The notes beneath the pieces are model-generated. The model was not told the DNA's origin. It did no database searches and saw only the letters and a program-made list of their open reading frames with translations. Shown in pieces: positions 35,460 to 48,565 of a stretch of DNA of 64,000 nucleotides (position 1 is its first letter; the number at the start of each line of letters is the position of its first letter). The stretch is from the NCBI GenBank assembly GCA_030390025.1, contig CM059431.1, positions 116,996,001 to 117,060,000 on the forward strand. The letters are read 5' to 3'. This DNA comes from Squalus acanthias (taxonomy: Eukaryota). A program made the position numbers and the translations under genes.

Positions 35460-35752
35460 AATTCTTGCCTTAGAGGGGGTGTAACAAAGGTTCACTAGAT
35501 TGATTCTTGGGATGAGAGGTTTGTCCTATGAGGAGAGATTGAGTAGAGTGGGCCTATACTCTCTGGAGTTTAGAAGAATGAGAGGTGATCTCATTAAAAC
35601 ATATAAGACTCTGAGAGGGATTGACAGGGTAGATGCTGAGAGCCTGTTTCCCCTGGCTGGAGATTCTAGAACTAGGGGGCATAGTCTCAGGATAAGGGGT
35701 CGGCCACTTGGGACTGAGATGAAGGGAAATTTCTTCACTCAGAGGGTTGTGA
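35460..35752 (+). mobile_element. CR1 LINE fragment
   Basis: GLSYEERLSRVGLYSLEFRRMRGDLI..NFFTQRVV. Confidence 0.8.
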
Positions 35753-35789
35753 CCACCTCCGCCCCAAACACAAACACACACACAGGTGG

Positions 35790-36099
35790 AAAGAAAATAT
35801 CATGCATTTTGGTGCTGATTGCAATTGGCACGCTGATTCAGCAATTCCGCTGTCTGGACAGATCAGTTGGGATCCTACTCTGCAGCCCTGATAAAGTTGG
35901 CAAGATCATCTGCATCTCCCGCATGTTGTATAATTTTGTCATTCAGAGAGGGAAACCCTTTCAGCTGGAAGAGTCGGTAGGTGGGCCCGCAGCTTTGGCA
36001 GAGGAGGAAAAAGAGGAGGAAGGAAAATTGGTTGAGGTTGAGGCTGATGCACAGCTAGGCAGACTGCATTTATTATTGATTGACAGCACTTTCAGTTAA
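35790..36099 (+). pseudogene. Degraded HARBI1-like nuclease C-terminal fragment
   Basis: QQFRCLDRSVG..SPDKVGKII..MLYNF plus an acidic tail, comparable to 18437-18847. Confidence 0.6.
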
Positions 36100-36205
36100 A
36101 AGCACCACTTGAGTCACCAGATTAACAGGCATATGGTCCTCTCCATACAACAATAGTCTCCATACTGAAATGTTGGGCTAAATAATCTTGTCCTCAATCT
36201 ATGTG

Positions 36206-36625
36206 AAAAAAAGACTTGCATTTATATAGCGCCTTTCTTGACTACCGGACATATCAAAGCACTTTACAGTCAATGAAGTACTTTTGAAGTGGAGTCACTG
36301 TTGTAATGTGGGAAATGCAGCAGCCAATTTGCACACAGCAAGCTCCCACAAACAGCAATGCGATAATGACCAGATAATCTGTTTTTGTTATGCTGATTGA
36401 GGGATAAATATTGACCAGGACACCGGGGATAACTCCCCTGCTCTTGTTTGAAATAGTACCTGGGGATCTTTTACGTCCACCTGAAAGTGCAGACAGGGCC
36501 TCTGTTTAACGTCTCATCCAAAAGACGGCACCTCCGATTTTTGTGCTCAAGTCCCTGGAGTGGGACTTGAACTCATAACCTTCTGAGTCAGAGGCGAAAG
36601 TGTTACCCACTGAGCCACAGCTGAC
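36206..36625 (-). mobile_element. Full-length tRNA-derived DeuSINE (SacSINE1-like)
   Basis: Minus strand has A box TGGCTCAGTGG, B box GTTCAAGTC, the Deu-like core, and tail aaaggcgctatataaatgcaagtc. Confidence 0.82.
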
Positions 36626-38524
36626 ATATGCCACATCAGTGGGAAGAGCAAATGAGGTGACCTGTCACTGTTCCTCAGTGGGTATTTGTTGTCTTGCCTG
36701 TGGCAATTACCCTCTTTCTGTTGGCCTTGCCATCACTGCCAGCACCCCAGCAACATCCCATATCTGCTCTTCTGTAGTCCTCTGAGGGGGACGTCTGGGA
36801 GGGGCAGATGGATAATCACCCTGGAAGGTCAAGTCTTCAATCATTCACCTTCCTGCCATACTCAAACTCCTGGATGCCCCTTGTGAATTACCAGAAATCT
36901 GTGTGGGGACACACCCTTGCCCACCATCAAACTCCTCTCTAGCTAATTCCGTAGACTCACGAGCACAGAAGTGGAAGCCTCCTATATATTAGAGTCCAAG
37001 ATCTCAATAATGGCAGACACAGTGTTGGCAATCAATAATGCATCAGCACTGGCAAGTAATATTGTATCAGCACTTGGATCCTCTGTCCTTGAGGGTCCCC
37101 TGCAGGTTACCCTGGAGTTGCTACTCATTCCATGGTGCACTACAGGTTTCCAAAACCCTTTGCACACCTACACAGATGTTGGAGCAGCATAGTCTCCACA
37201 ATACATGCATGGAACTCTAAAGATTCTCAAAGAACTTCACAAAGTACTTCTGTTGAATATTCAGTGCAGCTAAGTGTGCAACCACTGCAAAGTATGAATC
37301 ATAAGTACCGTAACAGGTGCCTCTCTGGCCCTAGCTTTCCTCTTCTCTGATTGGCACTATCTGCTGCCACCTCCCCTTGGTCCTCTTCGCTGGTACTCCT
37401 GCCCTTCACTAGGTGCTTCTAACTGACTCCCCTATCTAATACCGCAGCAATGGATAGTTCCAGGCTGTTCCTTGTGCGGTTTAGAATGCTCACAGGTGCT
37501 CCTGTAATGGGACAGCTTTGTGCTCTTTGCTCATGCTACCTGCATCATTAATAATGGACCATGTGTTATTATTTGGTATGCAGCCAATGGCTCCTTCCCG
37601 ACCAAATCACCCTCCCTCCTGACCCAGTCTTCTTGATCGCCCTCCCGCTTTAACTACTTACCTGATGTCTGCTGTTGGCATCGGAGCAGCCCTATCCTTG
37701 CTTCCGCTTCATCGGCAAGTTGACTGGTGATGACTATTAGGTGTCTGAAGCTCACCGGCTCGATGATAGAGGCCCGAGGACCAATACCACGTGCGCCTCC
37801 GGCCTATCTATTGAGGCACGAGGATTGTTTCCTGCGTGCTCGAATTTCTAGGCCATGCAGTTCAATATTTAGGTTACATTTGTTTTTAAATACAGACAAG
37901 ATTCACAGAAAGAAAGGCACACCCTTTAAATTAGGGAGTCTTTCAACCATTCATTGAACTGACATTAAGAAAGCAATGGGTGAGTTGACTATTTCCTGCA
38001 ATGAACCAGCTGCTTTCTCTAGTATATCAAACTGTCTGACAGTAACACATGGAAAGCAAACTACTGCTACTGAGATGGTAAGCTTGATAACATGTATATA
38101 AATATATATATATAGTTACCTCACTTTATTTTATATCTCGTTGCAATGACAATAGCAACTAGAAATGTATGATGCTGCAGTAATTTTATCTTTTCTTGTT
38201 AGTTTTTTCCCTTCTCTCCTCTCCTGAAGGCAGTATAGGGGGTAATTTTAAACCCCAAAAATGAGTGGGATTGGGTTGGGTAGGAGTTGAAAAAGTTAAA
38301 AACCTGAAACAGGAACCCAACCCATCTCAAACCCACCTACTTTCGGTTTTAAAGGTGGCGGGACGAGGGTCGGGCAGGAGGCGGGTTGTTGCTAAAATCT
38401 TTTATGGAGGCTGTGTGCCTTCATTTTAACAGTGTTTCTATTGTTAACCCATGCTGGCCGTGTTTCCCTGACCTCGGGAAACCCGACAGGTAAAAGGAGG
38501 CAAGAAGGGCCAGATCCATGTAAG

Positions 38525-39617
38525 TAGAAGCATAGAAGCATAGAAGATAGGAGCAGGAGTAGGCCACTCGGCCCCTCGAGCCTGCTCCGCCATTTAAGGA
38601 GATCATGGCTGATCATCCAAATTCAGTACCCTGTCCCTGCTTTCTCCCCATATCCCTTGATCCCTTTATCCTTAAGAAATATATCTAACTCCTTCTTGAA
38701 TATATTTAATGAATTGGCCTCAACTGCCTTCTGTGGTAGAGAATTCCACAGGTTCACCACTCTCTGGGTGAAGAAATTCCTCCTCATCTCAGTCCTAAAT
38801 GGCTTACCCCTTATCCTTAGACTGTGACCTCTTGTTCTGGACTCCCCCGCCGTCGGGAACATCCTTCCTGCATCTAGTCTGTCTAGTCCTGTTAGAATTT
38901 TATAAGTTTCAATGAGATCCCCTCTCATTCTTCGAAACTCTAGCGAATATAAGCCTAATCGACCCAATCTCTCTTCATACGTCATTCCTGCCATCCCAGG
39001 TATCAGTCTGGTAAATCTTCGCTGCACTCCCTCCATGGCAAGAACATCCTTCCTCAGATAAGGCGACCAAAACTGCACACAATACTCAAGGTGTGGTCTC
39101 ACCAAGGCCCTGTACAACTGCAGCAAGACATTCTTGCTCCTGTACTCGAATCCTCTCGCTATGAAGGCCAACATACCATTTGCCTTCTTAACCGCCTGCT
39201 GCACCTGCATGCTTACCTTCAGCGACTGGTGCACAAGGACTCCCAGATCTCTAGTTCCCTCGTTGGACTTCCCCTTTTCCCAATCTATTGCCATTCAGAT
39301 AATAATCTGTCTTCCTGTTTTTGCCACCAAAGTGGATAACCTCGCATTTATCCACATTATACTGCATCTGCCATGCATCTGCCCAATCACCCAACCTGTC
39401 CAAATCATACTGGAGTTTCTCTGCATCCTCCTCACAGCACACACACCCACCCAGCTTTGTGTCATCTGCAAACTTAGAGATATTATATCTAGTTCCCTCG
39501 TCTAGATCATTAATATATACTGTGAATAGCTGGGGTCCTAGCACCGATCCCTGCGGTACCCCACTAGTCACTGCCTGCCACTCGAAAAAAGACCCGTTTA
39601 TTCCAACTCTTTGCTTC
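38525..39617 (-). mobile_element. 5'-truncated CR1 LINE, same subfamily as 46634-48565
   Basis: GVPQGSVLGPQLF, FADDTK, and C-terminus KGYGEKAGTGY identical to the 46727 ORF. Confidence 0.92.
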
Positions 39618-39739
39618 AGTGTCTTTACAGCACTGGTTGTGGGCCAGGAGAAGCAGGAGTGGTTCCTCCAGACCCAACAAGCTACCCAATAAATGCCCCC
39701 CCCACAACGATCTTACTCCCCCCCCCCTGCAATTGGACC

Positions 39740-40205
39740 CCCCGACCACCATCTCCCCCCTCCACCATGTTCTACCGCAACCAAGATCGACTCCCGACCA
39801 AGACCGACCCCTGACCAAGATCTACCCCCGACCAAGATCTACCCCCGACCAAGATCTACCCCCGACCAAGATCTACCCCCGACCACCATCCCCCGCATCA
39901 CGTTCTACCCCAACCACCATCTCCCTCACAACCACCATCTCTCCCCACCATGATCTACCCCCTGATCACGTTATACCCACCTGACCATGATCTACTTCCG
40001 ACCATGTTCTACCCCCCAACCACAGTCTACCGCTCGATCACTATCTACCCACTGGCCACATTCTACCCTTGACCATGTTCTACCCCCGTACCGCCGACCA
40101 CCATCTCCCGCACCACATTCTACCTCCGACTACCATCTACACCTCGACCACATTCTCCACCCCAAACACCATCTCCCCCCACCACCACATTCTACCCCCC
40201 GACTG
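39740..40205. repeat. C-rich minisatellite (16-bp core ccccgaccaagatcta, degenerating outwards)
   Basis: Tandem units visible at ~39810-39885. Confidence 0.85.
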
Positions 40206-43200
40206 CAATCTCTCTATGCCTCCCTACCTGCTTTTAGCTCGATGGGTCTTTGTGCTGCAGGCTTTCTCAACTGACAGACAGCCAGCCTGTCAACCAGGCT
40301 GGTTGTCGGGCAGGAAACCTGGAGAATAAATTACTTCTGGGTTTCCCGTCCATAACTCCACCTCCCCGCACTGAACGCACAGCCCCGTGAATATCATGGC
40401 TATATGCTCTCAAGCCCCAGTCACTCTCTAGTGCCTTAGCTAAAAGCCCAAGCTAAAAGCTAAAGTGAACCTTGGCAGTGATCTTCAGTTGGGTATTGAA
40501 CCACTAGAGACATCAAAGCCAAACCCAATCTTGTTCTTATCCAACATTCACGTTTTCAACAGCAAGCAGAAGCAGAAACTGGTTTGTTTCCCCCCTCCTT
40601 AGCCCAATTGTAGGACCAAATGACCTGATCATACTGTGCATCTCACTTCAATAAATGGGTGGTCTTTGAGATCCTAGCCAGACAGGTTGTCAACTGCATA
40701 ATGAATTCTGAAAATATAACTACCTCTTAGCAGGGGATTTGATTAGTTTATTTTTGCTTGTGAATTTCAAAGGCAATATAAGAATACATACGATGCAATG
40801 ATATGAACATGCATTTTCAAGAAAATGTGGACAAATATAAAAACACATTTAGTAACTAATAGCCAATACTTCCCATTGAATTACAAGCCAGTAATCCTAT
40901 TTTGAAGGTTCAGATTCTGAGCGCAAACCACTCGAGTATAAGAATATAAGAGTAAACAGGTCTGCAGAGCACAGAATGGGATGAAAACAGAGTGTACTTA
41001 AACAAAGTGTTTTATTTGCGAATTTGGAAAGAGTGGGAATTCGGAGAAGAGGGGGAAGGAGTTGTTGCTTTTTGCCTACAGTACCTGTAGTGCTTTGTGT
41101 TACAGGTAGATATTTAATGTCAGTACGCATAACTTAATCTGGATCAAGTAAGTAGTCAAGAAACTACACTGTAAACTAAGTTACCGAATTATAAGTTTAA
41201 TTAAACTTAATTAAATAAATCAAGGTCATATAGGGATGGCAGTGGAGGTGGTGTGCTGCAACTGCAGCATGTGGGAGTTTGTATGGAGCATTGTGATCCT
41301 GGACAACCATGTTTGCAGTAAGTGCCTGCATCTTGAGGACCTTCAGCTCAGAGTTTTTGAGCTGGAGTCTGAGGTACAGACATTGCGGGGCATCAGGGAT
41401 GGGGTGAGTTACCTGGACACTTTGATCCAGGAGGCAGGCACACCCCTTAGGTTAGGTAGTGGTACAGGTCTGGTTAGTGGTCAGGGACAGGAGGGTGTGG
41501 CTGCAACTCAGGCAGGTAAGTGGACCCCAGGTGCAGTGCTAGAGGAGCCGCAGCCTTTGCCCTTGTCCAACAGGTATAAGGTTCTTGCTGCCTGTGTGGA
41601 TGAGGGAAAAGCCTGCAGGATGGATGAGCAAGCTGATCATGGCACCATGGTGCAGGAGGCCATTCAAGTGGGGGGAGTGAAAGGGAATGTAATTGTGGTA
41701 GGGGACAGTATAGCCAGGGGGGATAGATGCTGTTCTCTGCAGCCGCGACCGAGAGTTCTGAAGGTTGTGCTGCCTGCCCAGTGCCAAGGTTAAAGACATC
41801 TCCTCATGGCTGGAGGAGAACTTGGAGTGGGAGGGGGAAGGATCCAGTTGTCCACGTAGGAACTAACAACCTAGGTAGAACTAGGAATGAGGTTCTGCTG
41901 AGGGAGTTTGAAGAGCTAGGATCCAAATTAAAAAGCAGAACCTCAAAGGTTATAGTCTCTGGATTGTTACCTGTGCCACACACAAATTGGCATAGGGACA
42001 AACATATTATAGGTTTAAATGCGTGGCTCAAAGAGTGGTGTGGGAGGAATGGGTTTTGCTTCATGGGGCACTGGCACCAGTAGGGCAAAGAGGGAGCTGT
42101 TCCGTTGGGACGGGCTCCACTTAAACCGGGCTGGGACCCGTGTCCTGACGAAGTGAATAACTAGGGCAGTAGATAGGGCTTTAACCTAATGAAGGGGCAG
42201 TGGGAGGATTCAGGAAAGAGTAAATTTAAAAGCAGCGAGAGAAATGTCAAGGCTCTAGAGCTGAGTAGTGTTTTGGGTAAAAATAAGCAGAGTGGGTCAG
42301 GAAGGGACAGAGAGAGTAACAAAGGTAGTAAGGCATCAGTGACTAAGGTGACATCAGGGAAAAATAGAAATAAGTCAAAGCGAAAGGCACTATATCTGAA
42401 TGCGTGAAGCATTCACAACAAAATAGATGAATTAATAGCACAGATAGAAATTAATAGGTTTGATCTAATAGCCATTATGGAGACATGGTTGCAATGAGGC
42501 CAAGGTTGGGAACTAAATATTCCAGGATACTTAACTTTTAGAAGAGATAGGCAAGATGGTAAAGGAGGAGGAGTAGCCCTGATAATAAAGGATAGGATAA
42601 AGACAGTAGAGAGAAAGGTCTTAGCTCTGAAAATCAAGAAGTAGAATCAGTTTGGGTGGAGCTAAGAAACAGCAAGAGGTAGTAAACATTGGTGGGAGTT
42701 GTTTATAGGCCCCCAAAAAATAGCTGTAATGTAGGGCAGAATATAAATCAGGAAATTAGAGGTGCATGTAACAAGGGTAATACAGTAATCATGGGGGACT
42801 TTAATCTACATATAAACTGGGCAAACCAAATTTGCAGTAATAGTTTGGAGGACAAATTCATGGAATGTATGTAAGATAGTTTTCTAGTTCAGTATGTTGA
42901 GGAACCAACCAGGGAACAGGCTATTTTAGATCTAGTATTGTGCAATGAGAAAGGGTTAATTAATAACCTTGTAGTAAAGGGGCCTTTAGGGAAGAGTGAC
43001 CATAATATGATAGAATTTTAAATTGAGTTTGAAAGTGATTTAGTTAAATCCGAAACTAGGGTCTTAAATCTAAACAAAGCAAACTATGTAGGTAAGAGGG
43101 ACAAGTTGGCTCAGGTAGATTGGGACAATACATTAAAAGGTATGATGGTAGAGAAGTAATGGCTAGCATTTAAAGAATTAATACATAATTTACAACAAAT

Positions 43201-44882
43201 ATACATTCCTTTAAGGCACAAAACCCCACAGGAAAATTGGTACAAACGTGGCTAACAAGAGAAGTTAAAGATAGTATTAGATCAAAGGAAGAGGCTTATA
43301 ATGTTGCCCAAAAGAGTAGTAAGCCTGAGGGTGGGAGGATTTTAGAATTCATCAAAGGAGGACCAAGAAATTGATAAAGAAGGGAAAATAGAATATGAGA
43401 GTAAACTAGCGAGTGACATAAAAACAGATTGTAAAAGCTTCTAAAGGTATGTAAAAAGGGAAAGATTAGCAAAAGTAAATGTGGGTCCCTTAAAGGCTGA
43501 GACAGGAGAAATTATAATGGGGAATAAGGAAATTGCTGAGAAATTAAACACATTTTTTGGTCAGGATTTTCCCTGCGGAGGTGGGATGGCGAAGGGAGAG
43601 CTGGTTGGTCGGTTTCGGTCTCGCTCCCATCTGCAGTCGCTCTCTGAAAATGATTTTCCTTAGATTGGCCTTGTTAAGCCCGACCTGCGGGGTTCCCGGC
43701 CAATTAATAGGAAGTGGGTCTGATGATGTCATTTGATGACACTTCATCAGACGGTTTCCTTAAAGGGACCATGACCACATTGATTTCAACAGTTGTGCTG
43801 TCAGTGTTCTACAGCATTGAGGTGCTGCAAACACTGACAAGCACTGCACAAAGGTGCACGGCTGCACCCAGGCTCATGCATGAATCCCTCCATATGCTTA
43901 TGGGGGGAGTCACAGCATGCAGGGAGGTTCTCTTCCCTTCCAATTGGTGGAAGAGACCTCTCCAGGAGACCTACGCAGCCTGTTTGCACATTGTACAGGA
44001 GGGCAAAAGCAAAGATGTTGTCAGGAGACCCTGGCTGCAGTGGCGCAAACCTTTCAATTATATCAATAGATCATGAAATTTTACTGCAAAGCCACACTTA
44101 ACCTCATCCTGCTGTGCCACTCATCACATCCCCATCACTCTGCCTTCCCTACCCTAATACTGCACATCCATACTCACACCAACTTACCTTGTACCTCCAC
44201 CCATCCCTCTCTATCTATATTATCACTTCCACATCTGACTAGCCACTCCTCACACTCACCCTCATCCTAGTGCAATCATACCAACTAACAACACACAAGG
44301 GTAGCCACTTGGGTGTTTTATGCAATGTTCATGTAAAGTTTCTGGTAATGTGGTGTCAAACATTGAAAACTTAATTTTGAACACTTTGCGTTCTTGGACA
44401 GATTTGTGTGCATTTTTGGAAGTGGCTTAGTGAGTTGCAGTGAATGGTGAGACATAACGATACCCTCCGCAATGGTGATGAGTGTGAAAGGAATGGCTTG
44501 GGCATTGTAGGGATAATTTATGGTGTTGGCGTGGGATGGTGCCATCATGTTGCAGCCAGGGTGTACAGCGTCAAGTGAAGTAAATGTGGCCATGGTGAGG
44601 CCATCCCAGGCCTCCTGGGCAGCAATGTGGTCGGGTGCTGATGCCCTGTGTCCTGTGCAGCATCAGTTGATTGCGCAGAAGGTAGGTGTTGTTGTTGGTG
44701 ATGTTGGTGTGCCAGGTGATGTTGTTGTTGGGGCTGATCATGGAGGGATTCAGAGGACCAAGCTGAGATTTTTTCAAGGGAACCGATGTTGCTGGAATAG
44801 ACAGCAGCTGAAGGATGGCAGAAGCGATCTGTCAATGGTAAGAGAGCTTGCTCCAAGGAGGTATCAGTGCATATAGAGTTAA

Positions 44883-46344
44883 TGTAGGCTTCGCAACCCC
44901 CCCCACACCAGAAACTTGTATAGAACCCTAAAGGGGGTGAGTTTTGGATCTGAACACGAATTTGGAATGATGGGAGCTAAATGAAGGAATTTGAGGTCAA
45001 AACCTCAGTTTTGGACATTTTTAAGGATCAGGGAAGAAAAACCCTGAGGAAAATGACTTTTGGATGATAAGGCACCTTTTTAAAAAGGGCCATTGGGTAA
45101 ACCTGCAGTCACATAAACACAGGCTGCAGGAAAGGGTGTGGTGAGGCAGGGGACAGCTTGTGGGTATTGGGACTGAGCCAAGCTGTCTGGGAGATGTTTG
45201 CACTGCAATCCAACCAAGGAGGAAGAGCCTCACCCAAAACCTCACAAACATATCCAGAAAAATGAATAAACCAAGACCCCTTTGAAATCCCCAGGTCCAA
45301 ACAGAATTCCTAACAATAAAACGTCCAGCACACAGCTTCACAGCCCATCATCCCATCAAAAAACAATTAGCCAAGAAGATCGACAGGATGCAATCCATCC
45401 CAAAAATAAACACATTTGACACTTACAGAACCCATTAAAGACATGCATAAAGATAGATGTCTTAGGCCCAGTCAAGAAACCCAAAACATGAGGACAATTC
45501 AAACTCTGATTAAACAACAGATCGACAGGATGGAGCTATCCGGAAACCACTTCACACATTTACAAAACCAGTTAACACGCTAGTAAAGTCGTTACTGTTA
45601 ACGAGGTCTTACAATGACCGGGATTTGATTTGGGGTAGATAAGGCCACTACAATTTAGTATAATTGAAGGCCCATCAAACAGTAAAAACAGTTCAAGTTC
45701 AACAGAAGGCAGTTCTGCAGTTCAATCGAAAAGCCTGTTTTCAGCAGAAGTCAGGGCTGGAGTTGCAGAGTTCAGGAGAAGCAAGGAAGAAGCAGAAAGG
45801 AGTTCCACAGTTCTGCAAGAAGGCAGTTCCACAGCTCAGAAGAAGACAGTTTAAACAGAGGCAGAGTTCAACAGAAAGAAGTACAACAAAGAAGGCCAAC
45901 AGTTCAAGAGACCAGAGCGACCGCCTCAGTGACCATCGGACACCCCGCGGCAACAAGGGCCTTACGAAACCTTTTACTCAAAAGACTCTAAACCCTAACT
46001 CTCAACTGTCAAGAACTGTCATTTGGTGAGCATTATCCCTGATCTTCTGGAATCAACCCTAGCTAGGCAGTGGGATTTGGGAGGGATAAGGGTTTTTGTA
46101 TATTGTCATTCTCCCTCACATGTACCGTGTGCTTCCCAACCTGTGTTTAAGCATTAAGTGTGTTTTAAGTTTGTTACCTTTTTCTTTAATAAAAGTCAAA
46201 ATTCTTTCATCAAAACCTGTTGTCTGCTGCACCTTTGTTCACAACCCCCAAATAAGTCCAAGGTCTAGAACCAGGGGCGTGGGAGCGATTCGAACCGCTC
46301 ACTGAGTCAGAGGTGAACCTGACCCCCACACACCACCCCCTACA
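44883..46344 (+). mobile_element. Solo LTR (1462 bp), distantly related to the ERV LTR
   Basis: TGTAGG...CCTACA termini; 4-bp TSD TTAA; AATAAA near 46188; U5 motif taagtcca..tagaacc..gggcg..tcgaacc.ctcac shared with 11733-11779. Confidence 0.85.
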
Positions 46345-46633
46345 TTAACACCACACACTTACAGCCTCCAGACAGATCAAATGTGTCATCCAAATCCTGA
46401 AATCAGACATCTCTGACATTTGAAAGTGATCAGATGTGAGTGTTCAACTTTTATACAGCAGTTGCAGCTGTGAAGTATCCAGCTTGTTGGTCCTCCCGAC
46501 ACACAAACCTGGCGTGATCTCCGAACATCGTGAAACCCGAATAAAATTTTGGAAAGTAGGAATAGGCTGTCAAAATAGCAGTTAACAAGCACTTAACAAG
46601 GTTATAAGTGCCTTAATCCCTTACCCGCCGCTT

Positions 46634-48565
46634 GGGACAAAGGGATTAATTAAGAGGGGGAAAATAGAGTATGAGAGTAAGCTTGCGAGGAACATAAAAA
46701 CTGACTGTAAAAGCTTTTATAGATATGTGAAGAGAAAAAGATTGGTGAAGTCAGGCGTAGGTCCCTTGCAGTCAGAATCAGGGGAATTTATAATGGGGAA
46801 CAAAGAAATGGCAGACCAATTAAATACATACATTGGTTCTGTCTTCACAAAGGAGGATACAAATAATCTCCCAGAGATGTCGGGGAACATAGGGTCTAAT
46901 GAGAAGGAGGAACTGAAAGAAATCAGTATTTGTAGGGAAATAGTGTTAAGGAAATTGACAGGATTGAAGGCCGCTAAATCCCCAGGGCCTGATAATCTAC
47001 ATCCTAGGGTACTTAAGGAAGTGGCTCTAGAAATAGTAGATGCATTGCTGGTCATCTTCCAAAATTCTATAGACTCTGGAACAGTACCCAGGGATTGGAG
47101 GGTAGCTAATGTTACCCCACTATTCAAAAAAGGTGGTAGAGAGAAAATGGGGAATTATAGACCAGTAAGCCTGACATCGGTAGTGGGGAAAATGCTAGAG
47201 TCCACTATAAAAGATGTAATAGCAGAGCACTTGGAAAACAGTGACAGGATCGGACAAAGTCAACATAGATTTACAAAAGGCAAATCGTGCTTGACTAATC
47301 TACTGGAATTTTTTGAGGATGTAACTGGTAAAATGGATAAGGGAGAACCAGTGGATGTGGTGTATTTGGACTTTCAGAAGGCTTTTGATACGGTCCCGCA
47401 CAAGAGATTAGTGTGTAAAGTTAAGGCACATGGGATTGGGGGCAAGGTATTGACTTGGATAGAGAACTGGTTGGCAGACAGAAAGCAAAGAGTTGGAATA
47501 AATGGGTCTTTTTCCGAGTGGCAGGCAGTGACTAGTGGGGTACCGCAGGGATCGGTCCTAGGACCCCAGCTATTCACAATATATATTAATGATCTGGCTG
47601 ATGGAATTGGATGTAATATCTCCAAGTTTGCAGATGACACAAAGCTGGGTGGGAGTGTGTGCCGTGAGGAGGATGCCGAGAAACTCCAGTATGATTTGGA
47701 CAGGTTGGGTGATTGGGCAGAAGCATGGCAGATGCAATATAATGTGGATAAATGCGAGGTTATCCACTTTGGTGTCAAAAACAGGAAGGCAGATTATTAT
47801 CTGAATGGCAATAGATTGGGAGAAGGGGAAGTGCAACGAGACCTGGGTGTCCTTGTGCACCAATCGCTGAAGGTAAGCATGCAGGTGCAGCAGGTGGTTA
47901 AGAAGGCAAATGGTATGTTGGCCTTCATAGCGAAAGGGTTCGAGTACAGGAACAAGAATGTCTTGCTGCAGTTGTACAGGGCCTTGGTGAGACCAAATCT
48001 TGAGTATTGTGTGCAGTTTTGGTCGCCTTATCTGAGGAAGGATGTTCTTGCCATGGAGGGAGAGCAGCGAAGATTCACCAGGCTGATACCCGGGATGGCA
48101 GGAATGGCATATGAGGAGAGATTGGGTCGATTGGGCTTATACTCACTGGAGTTTAGAAGAATGAGAGGGGATCTCATTGAAACTTATAAAATTCTAACAG
48201 GACTAGACAGACTAGATGCAGGAAGGATGTTCCTGGTGGCCGGGGAGTCCAGAACCAGGGGTCACAGTCTAAGGATAAGGGGTAAGCCATTTAGGACTGA
48301 GATGAGGAGGAATTTCTTCACCCAGAGAGTGGTGAACCTATGGAATTCTCTACCACAGAAGGCAGTAGAGGCCAATTCATTAAATATATTCAAGAAGGAG
48401 TTAGATATATTTCTTAAAACTAAAGGGATCAAGGGATATGGAGAGAAGGCAGGGACAGGGTACTGAATTTGGATGATCAGCCATGATCTCATTGAATGGC
48501 GGAGCAGGCTCGAGAGGCTGAATGGCCTACTCCTGCTCCTATCTTCTATGTTTCTATGTTTCTAT
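46634..48565 (+). mobile_element. Young 5'-truncated CR1 LINE with uninterrupted RT ORF (46727-48466)
   Basis: 579-aa ORF with YLDFQKAFD, PQGSVLGP, FADD; 3' tail (ttctatgt)n. Confidence 0.95.

Larger units (their letters stand above)
38238..40401. mobile_element. Harbinger-like non-autonomous element hosting a CR1 and a minisatellite
   Basis: Start gggggtaatttt resembles other Harbinger ends in this window; possible TSD ATA; right end uncertain. Confidence 0.45.

Noticed and set aside
39611..40329. Proline-rich ORFs
   Set aside because: Translations of a C-rich minisatellite.
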